64,000 bases of DNA from Prochlorococcus sp. AG-418-C09. Its GTDB lineage: Bacteria > Cyanobacteriota > Cyanobacteriia > PCC-6307 > Cyanobiaceae. The position numbers and the translations under genes were made by a program. Below the pieces are notes generated by a model that ran no database searches, was not told the origin of the DNA, and worked only from the letters and a program-made list of their open reading frames with translations. Shown piece by piece: positions 22,509 to 32,902 of this stretch (the stretch's first letter is position 1; each line of letters begins with the position of its first letter). The stretch covers positions 221,039-285,038 of the forward strand of contig QCLS01000001.1 in assembly GCA_003214355.1 (NCBI GenBank), read 5' to 3'.

Positions 22509-23048
22509 TTAATTACTACTAAAAGGCATTCCTAACTCTTTTAGAAGAGCTTTACCCTCTCCATCAGTTTCTGCGCTTGTGACTATTGTTATGTCCATCC
22601 CTCTTATTGAATCAATTTTATCAAATGAGATTTCTGGAAATATTAATTGTTCCTTAACTCCAATAGTATAGTTACCTCTACCATCAAAGCTTTTTGGATT
22701 AACTCCTCTGAAATCACGTATTCTTGGCAATGCAAGATTAATAAATCTTTCTAGGAATGAATACATTCTATCTCCTCTAAGAGTAACAGAACAACCTATT
22801 GGCATCCCTTCCCTGATCTTGAAACCAGCGATTGCTTTTTTTGCTCTTGTTACTAAGGCTTTTTGTCCAGTGATAGTTGCCATTTCGTTTAAGGAGGCCT
22901 CAAGAGCCTTTGAATTTTGAGCAGCTTCTCCAAGTCCTCGATTAATGTTTACTTTAACAACCTTGGGGACTTGATGAATATTCTTCAGACCAAGATCACT
23001 TAGGAGTTTTGGCCTTATTGCTTCTTTGTAGCGATTTTTAAGAGTCAT
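22509..23048 (-). CDS. rplE: 50S ribosomal protein L5
   Basis: [27 protein letters not shown]. Confidence 0.98.
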   Translation of the reverse strand: MTLKNRYKEAIRPKLLSDLGLKNIHQVPKVVKVNINRGLGEAAQNSKALEASLNEMATITGQKALVTRAKKAIAGFKIREGMPIGCSVTLRGDRMYSFLERFINLALPRIRDFRGVNPKSFDGRGNYTIGVKEQLIFPEISFDKIDSIRGMDITIVTSAETDGEGKALLKELGMPFSSN

Positions 23049-23127
23049 AATTTTTTTGGGGTAATAATTCTGGTCTTTGTCAGAATTGTGAAATTAAGAA
23101 AAATTTAAATCTCATTTTGATGATTAA

Positions 23128-23484
23128 TCAATCAATTAATTCACCAGTTTTCTTCAATCTCCTTTTTTTCATTCCTTCTTTATCAACAAAATATTCAATT
23201 TTACTTGTGATCTCTTTATCTTTTGAGAAGAACATTACGTTGGAGGCATGAATTGAGGCTTCTTCAGTAACTATTCTTCCATTTTCTCCTTCTTGAGTTG
23301 GCTTTACATGTTTTGTCCTAAAATTTATACCTTTAACAATTACACGATTCTCTAAAGGCATAGTTTTTAAGATTTCACCTGTCTTCCCCTTCTCTTTACC
23401 ATTAATTACTTTAACTAAATCACCGATTTTGAGTCTCATTTTAATCCTTTTTGTATTTGGACTTTTTTTCATAGAATCCATCAT
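23128..23484 (-). CDS. rplX: 50S ribosomal protein L24
   Basis: [17 protein letters not shown] motif, EASIHASNV; exact start Met ambiguous. Confidence 0.97.
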   Translation of the reverse strand: MMDSMKKSPNTKRIKMRLKIGDLVKVINGKEKGKTGEILKTMPLENRVIVKGINFRTKHVKPTQEGENGRIVTEEASIHASNVMFFSKDKEITSKIEYFVDKEGMKKRRLKKTGELID

Positions 23485-23850
23485 TTAAATTACCTCCGGT
23501 GCAAGTGAAACAATTTTTGTAAAGTTTTTATCTCTTAATTCTCGTGCAACAGGACCAAATACCCTTGTTCCTTTTGGATTTTTATCTTCATTTATAAGGA
23601 CAGCTGCATTATCATCAAATCTAATTGAATTACCTGTATTGCGTCTCAATGTTGCTTTAGTTCTTACTATTACTGCCTTTACGACATCAGATTTCTTTAC
23701 ACCCATATTTGGTAGAGCATCTTTAACCGATGCAACAACTACATCGCCAACATGAGCGTATCTTCTGTTTGACCCTAATACTCTTATACATTGGAGTCTT
23801 TTAGCTCCACTGTTATCAGCCACTGTTAAATAAGTTTCTTGTTGAATCAT
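23485..23850 (-). CDS. rplN: 50S ribosomal protein L14
   Basis: [27 protein letters not shown]. Confidence 0.99.
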   Translation of the reverse strand: MIQQETYLTVADNSGAKRLQCIRVLGSNRRYAHVGDVVVASVKDALPNMGVKKSDVVKAVIVRTKATLRRNTGNSIRFDDNAAVLINEDKNPKGTRVFGPVARELRDKNFTKIVSLAPEVI

Positions 23851-24113
23851 TTCACCACCTCCTTTTCGTTATTTGACTTATTCAGAATTTCTTCGATTGC
23901 CCATCTTTTGTGAGCACTTAAAGGTCTTGTTTCCTTAATACGAACTCTATCACCAGTTACACACGTATTTTCTGGATCATGTGCTTTATATCGTGTAGTT
24001 CTACTTACAATTTTCTTGTAAGTTGGGTGTGGATATCTATTAACAACAGCGACTACAACTGTTTTATCCATTTTGTCACTTACTACAATACCGACTCTTT
24101 CTTTTAATGCCAT
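23847..24113 (-). CDS. rpsQ: 30S ribosomal protein S17
   Basis: [20 protein letters not shown]. Confidence 0.98.
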   Translation of the reverse strand: MALKERVGIVVSDKMDKTVVVAVVNRYPHPTYKKIVSRTTRYKAHDPENTCVTGDRVRIKETRPLSAHKRWAIEEILNKSNNEKEVVK

Positions 24114-24121
24114 AATTTTAC

Positions 24122-24340
24122 TTAATCAGTTAATTTTTGAGTATTAGATTGACTTTTTGAGATAGTCAATAATTGTGCGATTTGTTTCTTAATGAGTTTA
24201 AATCTATGCGTATCATTAAGCTGCCTTGTGGCTTGTTTAAATCTTAAATCGAATAGTTCTTTCCTTAATTCTTCAATCTTTGCTTGAAGTTGGGAAGAAT
24301 TTAGTTTTTTAAACTCTTTAATTGCTTCTGCAGTTTTCAT
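24122..24340 (-). CDS. rpmC: 50S ribosomal protein L29
   Basis: [11 protein letters not shown]...IAQLLT; position between rplP and rpsQ. Confidence 0.96.
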   Translation of the reverse strand: MKTAEAIKEFKKLNSSQLQAKIEELRKELFDLRFKQATRQLNDTHRFKLIKKQIAQLLTISKSQSNTQKLTD

Positions 24341-24819
24341 GCTTTTACCTCCTTAGATTCAACTCCTGCAGGGTTTGATTTACTTAAATTGGATGAAGAG
24401 TTTTTTGAATCGCTAATAATAAATTTGGTCTTAACTGGAAGTTTATATTGAGCGAGTCGCATAGCTTCCTTCGCAATATCTTCTGTAATTTCATCTCCAC
24501 CCATTTCAAATAATATTCTTCCTGGTTTAACAACTGCAACCCAAAATTCAGGATTACCTTTACCGGAACCCATTCTGGTTTCGGCAGGTCTCATAGTGAC
24601 TGGTTTATCTGGAAAAATTCTTATCCAAATTTGTCCACCTCTTTTTACATATCTTGTCATTGCTCTTCTACTAGCCTCAATCTGGCGAGAGGTGATCCAA
24701 CCACATTCTTGGGCTTGAAGAGCAAATTGACCAAAAGCAATAGTATTACCTCTAGAAGCAATACCCTTCATTCTGCCTCTATGCTGTTTACGAAATTTAG
24801 TTCTTTTAGGACTTAGCAT
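24337..24819 (-). CDS. rplP: 50S ribosomal protein L16
   Basis: [18 protein letters not shown]; C-terminal low-complexity extension. Confidence 0.98.
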   Translation of the reverse strand: MLSPKRTKFRKQHRGRMKGIASRGNTIAFGQFALQAQECGWITSRQIEASRRAMTRYVKRGGQIWIRIFPDKPVTMRPAETRMGSGKGNPEFWVAVVKPGRILFEMGGDEITEDIAKEAMRLAQYKLPVKTKFIISDSKNSSSNLSKSNPAGVESKEVKA

Positions 24820-24830
24820 TGTTAAACCTC

Positions 24831-25562
24831 CTATGAATTCTCATTAGAACGATCCTCAAATTGCTGAGGCATTCTTCCACCTTTTCTCTTTGGGTTTGTC
24901 CCAACTGGAATAGATTGTTCTTCCTTAGAAAGGACTTCGCCTTTAAAGACCCAGACTTTGATTCCTAAAACACCATAAGTGGTATTAGCTTCTTTGGTGG
25001 CATAATCAATTTCTGCTCTAAGGGTATGGAGCGGCACTCTACCCTCTCTAGTCCATTCAGTTCTAGCAATTTCTGCTCCATTCAATCTTCCTCCAACTTG
25101 AATTTTCAGTCCTAAAACTCCAGCTCGTTGTGCTCTTTGTAAAGCCATGCGGATTGTTCTTCTAAATGCAACTCTTTTTTCGAGTTGCTGCGCAATATAT
25201 TCAGCGAGTAAAAAAGCATCCGCATCAACTCTTTCTACTTCAACAACATTAATTCTGACTTGTCTTGTTCTATCACCTATCGTTTTCTGAATGCCGGATC
25301 TTAACTCTTCAATTCCACTTCCTTGTCTACCAACAATAACGCCTGGCCTGGCAGTTTTTAATTCAAGTTCCAATTGATCAGCCTTTCTTGCTATTAATAC
25401 ATCACTAATTCCAGCAGCACTATATTTCTTTTGAATAAAAGTTCTAATTTTATGATCCTCTTGAAGAAGAGTTGGATAAGTTCTAGATGATGCGTACCAT
25501 TTAGAGCGATGTTCTTGTGTGATACCTAATCTTAATCCTGTTGGATTTATTTTATGTCCCAT
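24831..25562 (-). CDS. rpsC: 30S ribosomal protein S3
   Basis: [33 protein letters not shown]. Confidence 0.99.
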   Translation of the reverse strand: MGHKINPTGLRLGITQEHRSKWYASSRTYPTLLQEDHKIRTFIQKKYSAAGISDVLIARKADQLELELKTARPGVIVGRQGSGIEELRSGIQKTIGDRTRQVRINVVEVERVDADAFLLAEYIAQQLEKRVAFRRTIRMALQRAQRAGVLGLKIQVGGRLNGAEIARTEWTREGRVPLHTLRAEIDYATKEANTTYGVLGIKVWVFKGEVLSKEEQSIPVGTNPKRKGGRMPQQFEDRSNENS

Positions 25563-25948
25563 TAGCTTTTTACCTCCGAGGTGATATTTGAAATGTTAGA
25601 TCTAACTGCAATACTGATATGACATGTTTGTTTTTTGATTGCGAAAGCCCTACCTTGAGCCCTGGGTCTATATCTTTTCATGACTGGGCCACTATTAGCT
25701 GATGCAGATGAAATAATCAAGGTTGAAGGATCCATACCTAAATTATGTTCAGCATTTGCAACCGCTGATCGTAATACTTTTGTGATTGGTTCTGTTGATC
25801 TGTATGGCATAAATTCAAGCATTATCAGAGCATCCCTGTAAGATTGACCACGAATTTGATCCAGAACTCTTCTTACTTTTGATGCTGAACCACGTACAAA
25901 ATTACCGTGAGCAGTGGCTGTTTTGATGATTTCAGGTGCTTGTGTCAT
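25562..25948 (-). CDS. rplV: 50S ribosomal protein L22
   Basis: [25 protein letters not shown]. Confidence 0.98.
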   Translation of the reverse strand: MTQAPEIIKTATAHGNFVRGSASKVRRVLDQIRGQSYRDALIMLEFMPYRSTEPITKVLRSAVANAEHNLGMDPSTLIISSASANSGPVMKRYRPRAQGRAFAIKKQTCHISIAVRSNISNITSEVKS

Positions 25949-26223
25949 TACTTACCTCCTTTCTTATCGCGCACATGACCTCTGTAGATCCTGGTTGGAG
26001 CAAATTCACCAAGTTTGTGCCCTACCATTTGTTCAGTAATGAACACAGGAATATGAGACTTACCATTGTGCACTGCAATAGTATGTCCAATCATAAGAGG
26101 TAAAATCGTTGATGACCTAGACCATGTTTTAATGACTGATTTGTCATTATCATTATTCTGTTTTTCAACCTTTTTGAGCAAGCTATCAGCGATAAAAGGT
26201 CCTTTTTTAAGTGAACGTCCCAT
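25948..26223 (-). CDS. rpsS: 30S ribosomal protein S19
   Basis: [23 protein letters not shown]. Confidence 0.99.
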   Translation of the reverse strand: MGRSLKKGPFIADSLLKKVEKQNNDNDKSVIKTWSRSSTILPLMIGHTIAVHNGKSHIPVFITEQMVGHKLGEFAPTRIYRGHVRDKKGGK

Positions 26224-26254
26224 AATTAAAAAATGAAAATTAATAGAAAAGTAA

Positions 26255-27118
26255 TCATGAATCTCTTCCTCCTCTACTTCTCTTAGAAACCTTACGTCTT
26301 TTACGAAGAACTAATTTATTACTTGGTTTGTTCTTTTTGCGTGTCTTTAGTCCTAAGGCGGGTTTACCCCAAGGTGTAACTGGTCCAGCTCTTCCAATAG
26401 GGGCTTTACCTTCACCTCCACCATGTGGATGATCACATGGATTCATTACACTTCCTCTTACTTGGGGTCTTCTTCCAAGCCATCGTCTTCTTCCTGCTTT
26501 ACCAAGACTAGTATTGCGAATTTCCGAATTTCCAACTTCACCAAGAGTTGCATAACATTCCTTCCTAACTAATCTAACCTCTGTGGATGGAAGTTTTAAA
26601 GCCACATAATCACCCTCTTTTGCCATAACCTGTGCACTTGCACCTGCAGATCTAACCATCTGCGCGCCTCTTCCTGCATAAAGCTCGACACAATGAACAC
26701 TAGAACCTAATGGCATAACTGCTAGTGGCATAGCATTACCTATTTCAATAGGGACTGAGTCACCAGCAATTAAATTTTGGCCAACTTTGATACCAGCAGG
26801 AGCAATGATATATTTTTTTTCTCCATCTTCATAAAACAATAAAGCAAGTCTTGCATTTCTATGAGGATCGTAATGAATGGCAGCTACCTTAGCTTTAATA
26901 TTTCTTTTGTCCCTTCTAAAGTCAACAATTCTATATTGTCTCTTATGGCCTCCTCCACGATGCCTACATGTTATTACTCCTCTATTATTTCTGCCTTTAA
27001 GCCTATGCTTTGTAATTATTAATGATTTCTCAGGCTTATTGCCTGTGATCTCACTGAAATCAGTTACGACTCTTTGACGTGTGCCTGGTGTATAAGGTCT
27101 AAATTTACGAATTGCCAT
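26255..27118 (-). CDS. rplB: 50S ribosomal protein L2
   Basis: [30 protein letters not shown]. Confidence 0.99.
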   Translation of the reverse strand: MAIRKFRPYTPGTRQRVVTDFSEITGNKPEKSLIITKHRLKGRNNRGVITCRHRGGGHKRQYRIVDFRRDKRNIKAKVAAIHYDPHRNARLALLFYEDGEKKYIIAPAGIKVGQNLIAGDSVPIEIGNAMPLAVMPLGSSVHCVELYAGRGAQMVRSAGASAQVMAKEGDYVALKLPSTEVRLVRKECYATLGEVGNSEIRNTSLGKAGRRRWLGRRPQVRGSVMNPCDHPHGGGEGKAPIGRAGPVTPWGKPALGLKTRKKNKPSNKLVLRKRRKVSKRSRGGRDS

Positions 27119-27129
27119 AATAAAACTCC

Positions 27130-27432
27130 TTAAGATTCAGGGAATAACTGAATTTTGTCCCCTTCAGCAAGACGGACTATTGCCTTCTTTACCTGCGAGC
27201 GCTTACCTGAAAACTTGCCGACCCTTCTAGTTCTACGCGGAGGATTCATAGTATTAACACTAATTACTTTAACATCAAACAATGACTCAATTGCAGATTT
27301 AATATCTGGTTTTTCTGCTCTCGGGTCAACTTCAAAAGTATATTGATTCAGTTCAAGTGAATTTGTTGCTTTTTCTGTAATAATTGGCTTTCTAATAACA
27401 TCTGCCAAACGTGAATTAAAAAGTCTACTCAT
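27130..27432 (-). CDS. rplW: 50S ribosomal protein L23
   Basis: PIITEKA, YTFEVD, KKAIVRL. Confidence 0.98.
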   Translation of the reverse strand: MSRLFNSRLADVIRKPIITEKATNSLELNQYTFEVDPRAEKPDIKSAIESLFDVKVISVNTMNPPRRTRRVGKFSGKRSQVKKAIVRLAEGDKIQLFPES

Positions 27433-28061
27433 GATCCATATACCTCCTGAATTTTCTGAATAGCAGAATTACCAATCACTAATTTATTTGCATTTAAAAT
27501 ATCAAACACATTCAATTGATCTGCCTTGATTAGCTTTACGTTTTGTATGTTATTGATTGATTTCTTTATATTAATTGATGGGTCCTCCAAAATTACAAGC
27601 ACTTTTTGATTCTTCTCTATACCTAGTCGAAGAAGTCCTTCAATAATCTCTTTGGTTTTTGGTGCATTTAGATTGGATGCAAAGTCTTCAACAGGGGTTA
27701 AATCAGATATCCTAGACATTAAAGCAGTTCTCAAAGCTAATCTTCTTTCTTTACGATTCATTTCGAGATTATAGGAACGTGGTTTAGGGCCAAAGATAAT
27801 TCCACCACCAGGCCTCAAAGGTGTTCTTATGGAACCCTGCCTTGCTCTACCTGTCCCTTTCTGCTTATAAGGCTTCCTTCCTCCACCTCTTACTTCTGAA
27901 CGAGTAAGAGTTGATGCAGTTCCTTGTCTTTTATTCGCCAGCTGCCTTAACACAGCCCTGTGAATCAAATCAGAGGCCGAGGATTCTTTAGCAACTTTTA
28001 AATCTAATGAAACTTTACTTCCTTTTTTACCGTCCCATTTTAATGATTCGATTGATTTCAT
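27429..28061 (-). CDS. rplD: 50S ribosomal protein L4
   Basis: [30 protein letters not shown]. Confidence 0.99.
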   Translation of the reverse strand: MKSIESLKWDGKKGSKVSLDLKVAKESSASDLIHRAVLRQLANKRQGTASTLTRSEVRGGGRKPYKQKGTGRARQGSIRTPLRPGGGIIFGPKPRSYNLEMNRKERRLALRTALMSRISDLTPVEDFASNLNAPKTKEIIEGLLRLGIEKNQKVLVILEDPSINIKKSINNIQNVKLIKADQLNVFDILNANKLVIGNSAIQKIQEVYGS

Positions 28062-28711
28062 GACTTATCACCTCCTTTATTGCCAACAATATTATTAGGC
28101 CTAATATTCACTAAAGATCCTGGTTTACCAGGTACTGAACCTTTAACAACAATAAGATTCTTTTGATCATCCACTTTTAATACGAGTAAACCTTTAGTTG
28201 TTATTTTCTTCCCTCCATATCTTCCAGCCATTCTTTTACCTGGATAAATTCTTCCAGGTGTTGTTCCTGCTCCAGTTGAACCCGGCTGACGATGATTCTT
28301 GGAACCATGACTCATAGGTCCTCTACTAAAACCGTGCCTTTTCTGGTAGCCTGCGAAACCACGACCCATTGATTTTCCACTAATATCAACTTTTTGACCT
28401 ACCTCAAAATTGTTGACGGTAATTTGAGAGCCTACTTGATAGCTAGAAGTTTCATCCACTCTATATTCCTTCAAATATTTTAGTAGCTCCTCGCCAGATT
28501 TAGATAAATGTCCCTTCGAAGGTTTGTTGACAAGTTTATCTTTTGACAATCCAAATCCAATTTGCACAGCAGAATAACCATCCAAAGCTGGGGTTTTAAG
28601 CTGGGTAACTCTACAGGGTCCTGCCTGAATTAGAGTTACTGGGACAGCATTTCCTTTTTCATCAAATAATTGGGACATTCCCAATTTCTTTCCTAAAATT
28701 CCAATAGACAT
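28058..28711 (-). CDS. rplC: 50S ribosomal protein L3
   Basis: [29 protein letters not shown]. Confidence 0.99.
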   Translation of the reverse strand: MSIGILGKKLGMSQLFDEKGNAVPVTLIQAGPCRVTQLKTPALDGYSAVQIGFGLSKDKLVNKPSKGHLSKSGEELLKYLKEYRVDETSSYQVGSQITVNNFEVGQKVDISGKSMGRGFAGYQKRHGFSRGPMSHGSKNHRQPGSTGAGTTPGRIYPGKRMAGRYGGKKITTKGLLVLKVDDQKNLIVVKGSVPGKPGSLVNIRPNNIVGNKGGDKS

Positions 28712-28932
28712 TTGATTTAGTGTTACTAGCTATATTCTTAATTTTTAAGTATGTAATGCCTTTTTACAAAGGAACTAGCAAAGGATAAAAACTAATATTT
28801 ATGGCTGAGACTTTTCTAAAAATTTAGAAAGTTTCTCATCAGATAAGACTGACCAAGTTTTTTAACGCAAACGCTAAAAAGGTAACTTTTAAAAGAGGCT
28901 CGGCTAGTGTGCGAGCTTATCAAAACCACCAA
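28712..28932 (-). promoter_or_regulatory. Structured 5' leader of the rplC operon, about 220 nt
   Basis: Helices GATAAG/CTTATC, GCTCG/CGAGC, TTTTTAGCG/CGTTAAAAA and a long imperfect hairpin at 28806-28838, between the candidate -10 box and the rplC ATG. Confidence 0.6.
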
Positions 28933-28937
28933 TTTTT

Positions 28938-28953
28938 TATTGTACATCATCAA
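28938..28953 (-). promoter_or_regulatory. Candidate promoter (-10 TACAAT) of the ribosomal superoperon
   Basis: Minus strand TTGATGATGTACAATA, identical to 18157..18172, just upstream of the structured leader. Confidence 0.6.
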
Positions 28954-28998
28954 GTTACAGAAAATGAAATATCATATAAATATATTTGAAACACATTT

Positions 28999-29469
28999 AT
29001 GCCAATAATCCTATCTGGACAAAAATTTGATCAAGATCTAAATAACCATGGATCTCTAGCTGTTCTTGCTCCATTAGAAGGTGGTTTCGAAACTCGCCTA
29101 TTGAGAAGGATGAGATCGAAAGGATATCAAACATTAATTATCTCTGCGAGAGGCCTAGGTGATCCTGAAGTTTTTTTATTCAAACTTCATGGGATAAGGC
29201 CTCCTCACCTTGGTCACCAAGATATTGGGAGAAACGGCGCACTTGGTGAGGTTCAACAAGTCATTCCTCAAGCTGCTGAAATTTTTAATGATAAAAATCA
29301 AAAAAAATTAATTTGGATACTAGAAGGACAAGTATTATCTCAATCAGAGTTAGAAAGACTATTAGAAATATCTAAATCTGAAGAGAGTCTTTATATAGCA
29401 ATTGAGATGGGTGGATCTAGAAAACTTACATGGAAACCATTAAAAACCCATATCAATAATGATTTATAA
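28999..29469 (+). CDS. ndhN: NAD(P)H-quinone oxidoreductase (NDH-1) subunit N
   Basis: [30 protein letters not shown]; divergent from rplC as in picocyanobacteria. Confidence 0.95.
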   Translation: MPIILSGQKFDQDLNNHGSLAVLAPLEGGFETRLLRRMRSKGYQTLIISARGLGDPEVFLFKLHGIRPPHLGHQDIGRNGALGEVQQVIPQAAEIFNDKNQKKLIWILEGQVLSQSELERLLEISKSEESLYIAIEMGGSRKLTWKPLKTHINNDL

Positions 29470-29471
29470 AA

Positions 29472-30470
29472 TTGAAGAATCTAACTGAGAGGAAGACCGT
29501 ACAAAATAAATGGGTAAAACTAATCTGCGGAGCCAGTAACGAAGACATTGCATCCATTGAAGATTTATGCGCTATCTATGCTGCTGCAGGTGTTGATTAT
29601 ATTGACATTGCTGCCGATCCCTCTGTAGCCAGAGCCGCCAGAAATGGTATTAATTGGTCAAGAAAATTTTTTGGGAATCGACCCGGATTAATGATAAGCA
29701 TTAGTGATGGGAAAGATATTCATTTCCGTAAGGCAAAATTTGATCCCAACAAATGTCCTGCAGATTGCTCTAGACCATGCGAAAAAATATGTCCAACTTC
29801 TGCTATTGATATAAATGGTGTTAATGAAAGTAGATGCTACGGTTGCGGGAGATGTTTAACTGGCTGTCCCTTAAATTTAATCACTGAATATGAATATGGA
29901 ATACCAAATAAATTTTTAAAAGATATTCTGGTTGAGATAAAGCCAGACGCAGTTGAAATACATACTGAGATTGACCGACAAGATAGCTTCAAAGAAATTT
30001 GTAAAATCATTAAAGATTCAGATGTTGAATTACAAAAGATTTCAGTAAGTTGTGGATTAACACAATCTAATGCGCAACCTATTGATCTAGCAAAAGTCTT
30101 CTGGAAGCGATACGAAATCTTAGAAGAACATAGAGCAAAGCTGATATGGCAGCTAGATGGGAGACCTATGTCTGGAGATCTGGCATCAACAACAGCAAAA
30201 GCAGCCATAAATTTACTAGAAAAAATGAGTGGATTACTTCCTCCAGGTTTAATTCAAGTAGCAGGAGGTACTAATGAAAATACCTACAAATTGATCAAAG
30301 ATCAAAATATTCCCGATGGAATTGCATTTGGAAGTGTGGCCAGAAAACTAGTGAAACCTTTTATTGATGATGCTTACAAATTAAATAAAAAAATTTATGA
30401 AATTCCTGAGAAAATGACTTTAGCCGTAAACAAGGCAAAGAGTTTGATAAAGCCTTGGAAGATTAATTAA
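29472..30470 (+). CDS. ldpA: Light-dependent period protein LdpA (two [4Fe-4S] clusters)
   Basis: WVKLICGAS, CPADCSRPCEKICP, CYGCGRCLTGCP, QLDGRPMSGD, AGGTN; TTG start. Confidence 0.93.
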   Translation: MKNLTERKTVQNKWVKLICGASNEDIASIEDLCAIYAAAGVDYIDIAADPSVARAARNGINWSRKFFGNRPGLMISISDGKDIHFRKAKFDPNKCPADCSRPCEKICPTSAIDINGVNESRCYGCGRCLTGCPLNLITEYEYGIPNKFLKDILVEIKPDAVEIHTEIDRQDSFKEICKIIKDSDVELQKISVSCGLTQSNAQPIDLAKVFWKRYEILEEHRAKLIWQLDGRPMSGDLASTTAKAAINLLEKMSGLLPPGLIQVAGGTNENTYKLIKDQNIPDGIAFGSVARKLVKPFIDDAYKLNKKIYEIPEKMTLAVNKAKSLIKPWKIN

Positions 30471-30530
30471 CAAATTCAACAATTTTTATATAGAAAAATA
30501 TCTATCAATGTATTAATATGGAATTCTTGA

Positions 30531-30602
30531 TGGGCCGTCGCCAAGTGGTAAGGCAGCGGGTTTTGGTCTCGCCATTCCTAGGTTCGAATCCTAGCGGCCC
30601 AG
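30531..30602 (+). tRNA. tRNA-Gln(TTG)
   Basis: TGGGCCGTCGCCAAGTGGTAAGGCAGCGGG-TT TTG GT-CTCGC...GGTTCGAATCCTAGCGGCCCAG cloverleaf. Confidence 0.97.
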
Positions 30603-30622
30603 TTTAATTTTCACCATAGATA

Positions 30623-31405
30623 GTGCAGAAGCAAAAAATAATTTTATTTGATTTTGACGGTGTGATAGTTGATGGAATTGATGAATATTGGCATAGCTCG
30701 GTTTTAGCATGCAAAGGATATCTGCTGTCTAAAGAATTATCGAGTAACCAAGATTATAATCTAGATGTATCTGAAATCTTCTCATACATAAGACCATGGG
30801 TAAAATATGGTTGGGAAATGGTTTTAATAACTCATGAAATAATAAAAAAAACTAATCCATTAAATAATAAAAATAAAAAAAACTTTCTTAAAAACTACAC
30901 TATTTCTTGTCAAAAGATCTTAGAGAAAAATTCTTGGGAGTCGACTAATTTACAAACATGTCTTGATAATGCAAGACAATATCAAATATCTAATGACTTT
31001 GATAAATGGATCAATCTTCATCGCCCATATACAGATGTCATTAATTTCATAAGAAAAGCGGAAAGATCTGGTTTTAAAATAGGAATCATCACAACCAAAA
31101 AGAAAATATTCACATCAAAAATACTAGAAAAATTTCATATCTTTCCTGAATTGATTTATGGATATGAATCGGGAACAAAAGTTGAAATTCTTACGAATCT
31201 TGTGACTAAATATGAAATCAAATGTTTTATAGAAGATAGAAGGAAAACATTAATTGAAATAGTAAGAAATCCCCAGACTAAAGATATTAAATGCTTTCTC
31301 GCAGATTGGGGTTACCTAAAAGATACTGACAGATTAGAGCTACCTAAAAAAGTAAAACTTATAAAATTAAAGGATTTAAGAAATTTACTTGCTAATTCGA
31401 TTTAA
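30623..31405 (+). CDS. HAD-family hydrolase
   Basis: FDFDGVIVD, ITTK, FIEDR, ADWGY; GTG start. Confidence 0.9.
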   Translation: MQKQKIILFDFDGVIVDGIDEYWHSSVLACKGYLLSKELSSNQDYNLDVSEIFSYIRPWVKYGWEMVLITHEIIKKTNPLNNKNKKNFLKNYTISCQKILEKNSWESTNLQTCLDNARQYQISNDFDKWINLHRPYTDVINFIRKAERSGFKIGIITTKKKIFTSKILEKFHIFPELIYGYESGTKVEILTNLVTKYEIKCFIEDRRKTLIEIVRNPQTKDIKCFLADWGYLKDTDRLELPKKVKLIKLKDLRNLLANSI

Positions 31406-31413
31406 TCGGCTAG

Positions 31414-31427
31414 GGTACGTCTGTACT
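31414..31427 (+). promoter_or_regulatory. Cyanobacterial LexA (SOS) box upstream of recA
   Basis: GGTAC-GTC-TGTACT fits the cyanobacterial consensus RGTAC-N3-DGTWCB; 87 nt upstream of the recA ATG. Confidence 0.8.
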
Positions 31428-31514
31428 ATTAATTATTTATAAATCAAGATTAATTACTTAATCTTTTTGATTTCTAAAATTAATTATAAAAAACTATTTA
31501 TAAATTAAGAGATT

Positions 31515-32627
31515 ATGACATCTGAAGTAAAGAGAAACGGAGCAAACAATGATTTGCAATCAAAAGAGAAAGATAAAGCCTTAAGTCTTGTATTAGGTCA
31601 AATCGAAAGAAACTTTGGTAAAGGCTCAATAATGCGTCTAGGAGATGCTTCAAGAATGAGAGTAGAGACAATCTCTACAGGGGCATTAACTTTAGACTTA
31701 GCTTTAGGAGGTGGGTATCCCAAGGGTAGAGTCGTAGAGGTTTATGGACCTGAAAGTTCTGGTAAAACTACATTAACACTTCATGCAATTGCTGAGGTAC
31801 AAAAAAATGGAGGAGTTGCTGCATTTGTAGATGCGGAACATGCTTTAGATCCTGTATACGCTGCTTCTCTTGGAGTAGATGTTGAGAATTTACTTGTTTC
31901 TCAACCGGATACAGGTGAAATGGCTTTAGAAATAGTTGATCAACTAATCAGATCTGCCGCAGTAGACTTAGTTGTCGTTGATTCAGTGGCTGCACTAACA
32001 CCTAGATCGGAAATCGAAGGTGAAATGGGGGACCATGTTGTCGGTAGCCAAGCAAGGCTTATGAGCCAAGCCATGAGAAAAATCACAGGGAATATCGGTA
32101 AGTCAGGATGTACTGTTATTTTCCTCAATCAATTAAGACTGAAAATAGGAGTTACATACGGAAATCCTGAAACTACCACTGGAGGAAATGCTTTAAAATT
32201 TTATGCATCAGTTAGATTAGATATCCGAAGAATCCAAACCCTCAAAAGAGGTACCGAAGAATATGGTATAAGAGCAAAAGTAAAAGTTGCGAAGAATAAA
32301 GTTGCACCTCCTTTCAGAATCGCTGAATTTGATATTCTATTTGGTCAAGGGATTAGCACTACAGGATGCTTATTAGATTTAGCAGAAGAAACGAATATAG
32401 TCATTCGACGAGGAGCCTGGTATAGTTACGAAGGTGAGAATATTGGCCAAGGAAGAGATAATACTATTATTTGGTTAGATCAGAATCCAGAAATAAGGAA
32501 AACTATAGAATCACTTGTCAAACAAAAACTTACTGAAGGTACAGAAGTTAGCTCGAATTCGATGAAGCAACTAAATCCTAGAGAAACTAATATATCAGCC
32601 TCCAATAACATAAAAGATGTGGCTTAA
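31515..32627 (+). CDS. recA: Recombinase A
   Basis: [40 protein letters not shown]. Confidence 0.99.
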   Translation: MTSEVKRNGANNDLQSKEKDKALSLVLGQIERNFGKGSIMRLGDASRMRVETISTGALTLDLALGGGYPKGRVVEVYGPESSGKTTLTLHAIAEVQKNGGVAAFVDAEHALDPVYAASLGVDVENLLVSQPDTGEMALEIVDQLIRSAAVDLVVVDSVAALTPRSEIEGEMGDHVVGSQARLMSQAMRKITGNIGKSGCTVIFLNQLRLKIGVTYGNPETTTGGNALKFYASVRLDIRRIQTLKRGTEEYGIRAKVKVAKNKVAPPFRIAEFDILFGQGISTTGCLLDLAEETNIVIRRGAWYSYEGENIGQGRDNTIIWLDQNPEIRKTIESLVKQKLTEGTEVSSNSMKQLNPRETNISASNNIKDVA

Positions 32628-32873
32628 TTATAAGCTATCTGCCGGAGTCCACCAACCTAATGATGGGCCTATGAACCTTACAATAATCCATAAAAAAACT
32701 AATAAACCTATACCTACCCAACTAGTCTTAATACTTAACTGAATAAATTTATCTTTTTGTTTTTCTGTAATTGGAAGCCAGTTTATCAATCTTGGGGAAT
32801 TATCAACAATCTTATTTAGATCACTTTTCTTAGGCTTCAGTCCTAAATCTTTTCTTCTTTTTGCTTCACCCAT
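32628..32873 (-). CDS. DUF2839 family membrane protein
   Basis: MGEAKRRK N-terminus, WLPIT, one TM helix, RFIGP..GWW. Confidence 0.85.
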   Translation of the reverse strand: MGEAKRRKDLGLKPKKSDLNKIVDNSPRLINWLPITEKQKDKFIQLSIKTSWVGIGLLVFLWIIVRFIGPSLGWWTPADSL

Positions 32874-32902
32874 AGTTAAAATTATGATGGATTTATAATA
32901 GT

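Noticed and set aside
13753-28711. Absence of rpsJ, rpsN, rpmD, infA and rpsD from the ribosomal superoperon as gene loss
   Set aside because: This is the normal picocyanobacterial arrangement; these genes lie elsewhere (rpmD is generally absent in cyanobacteria).
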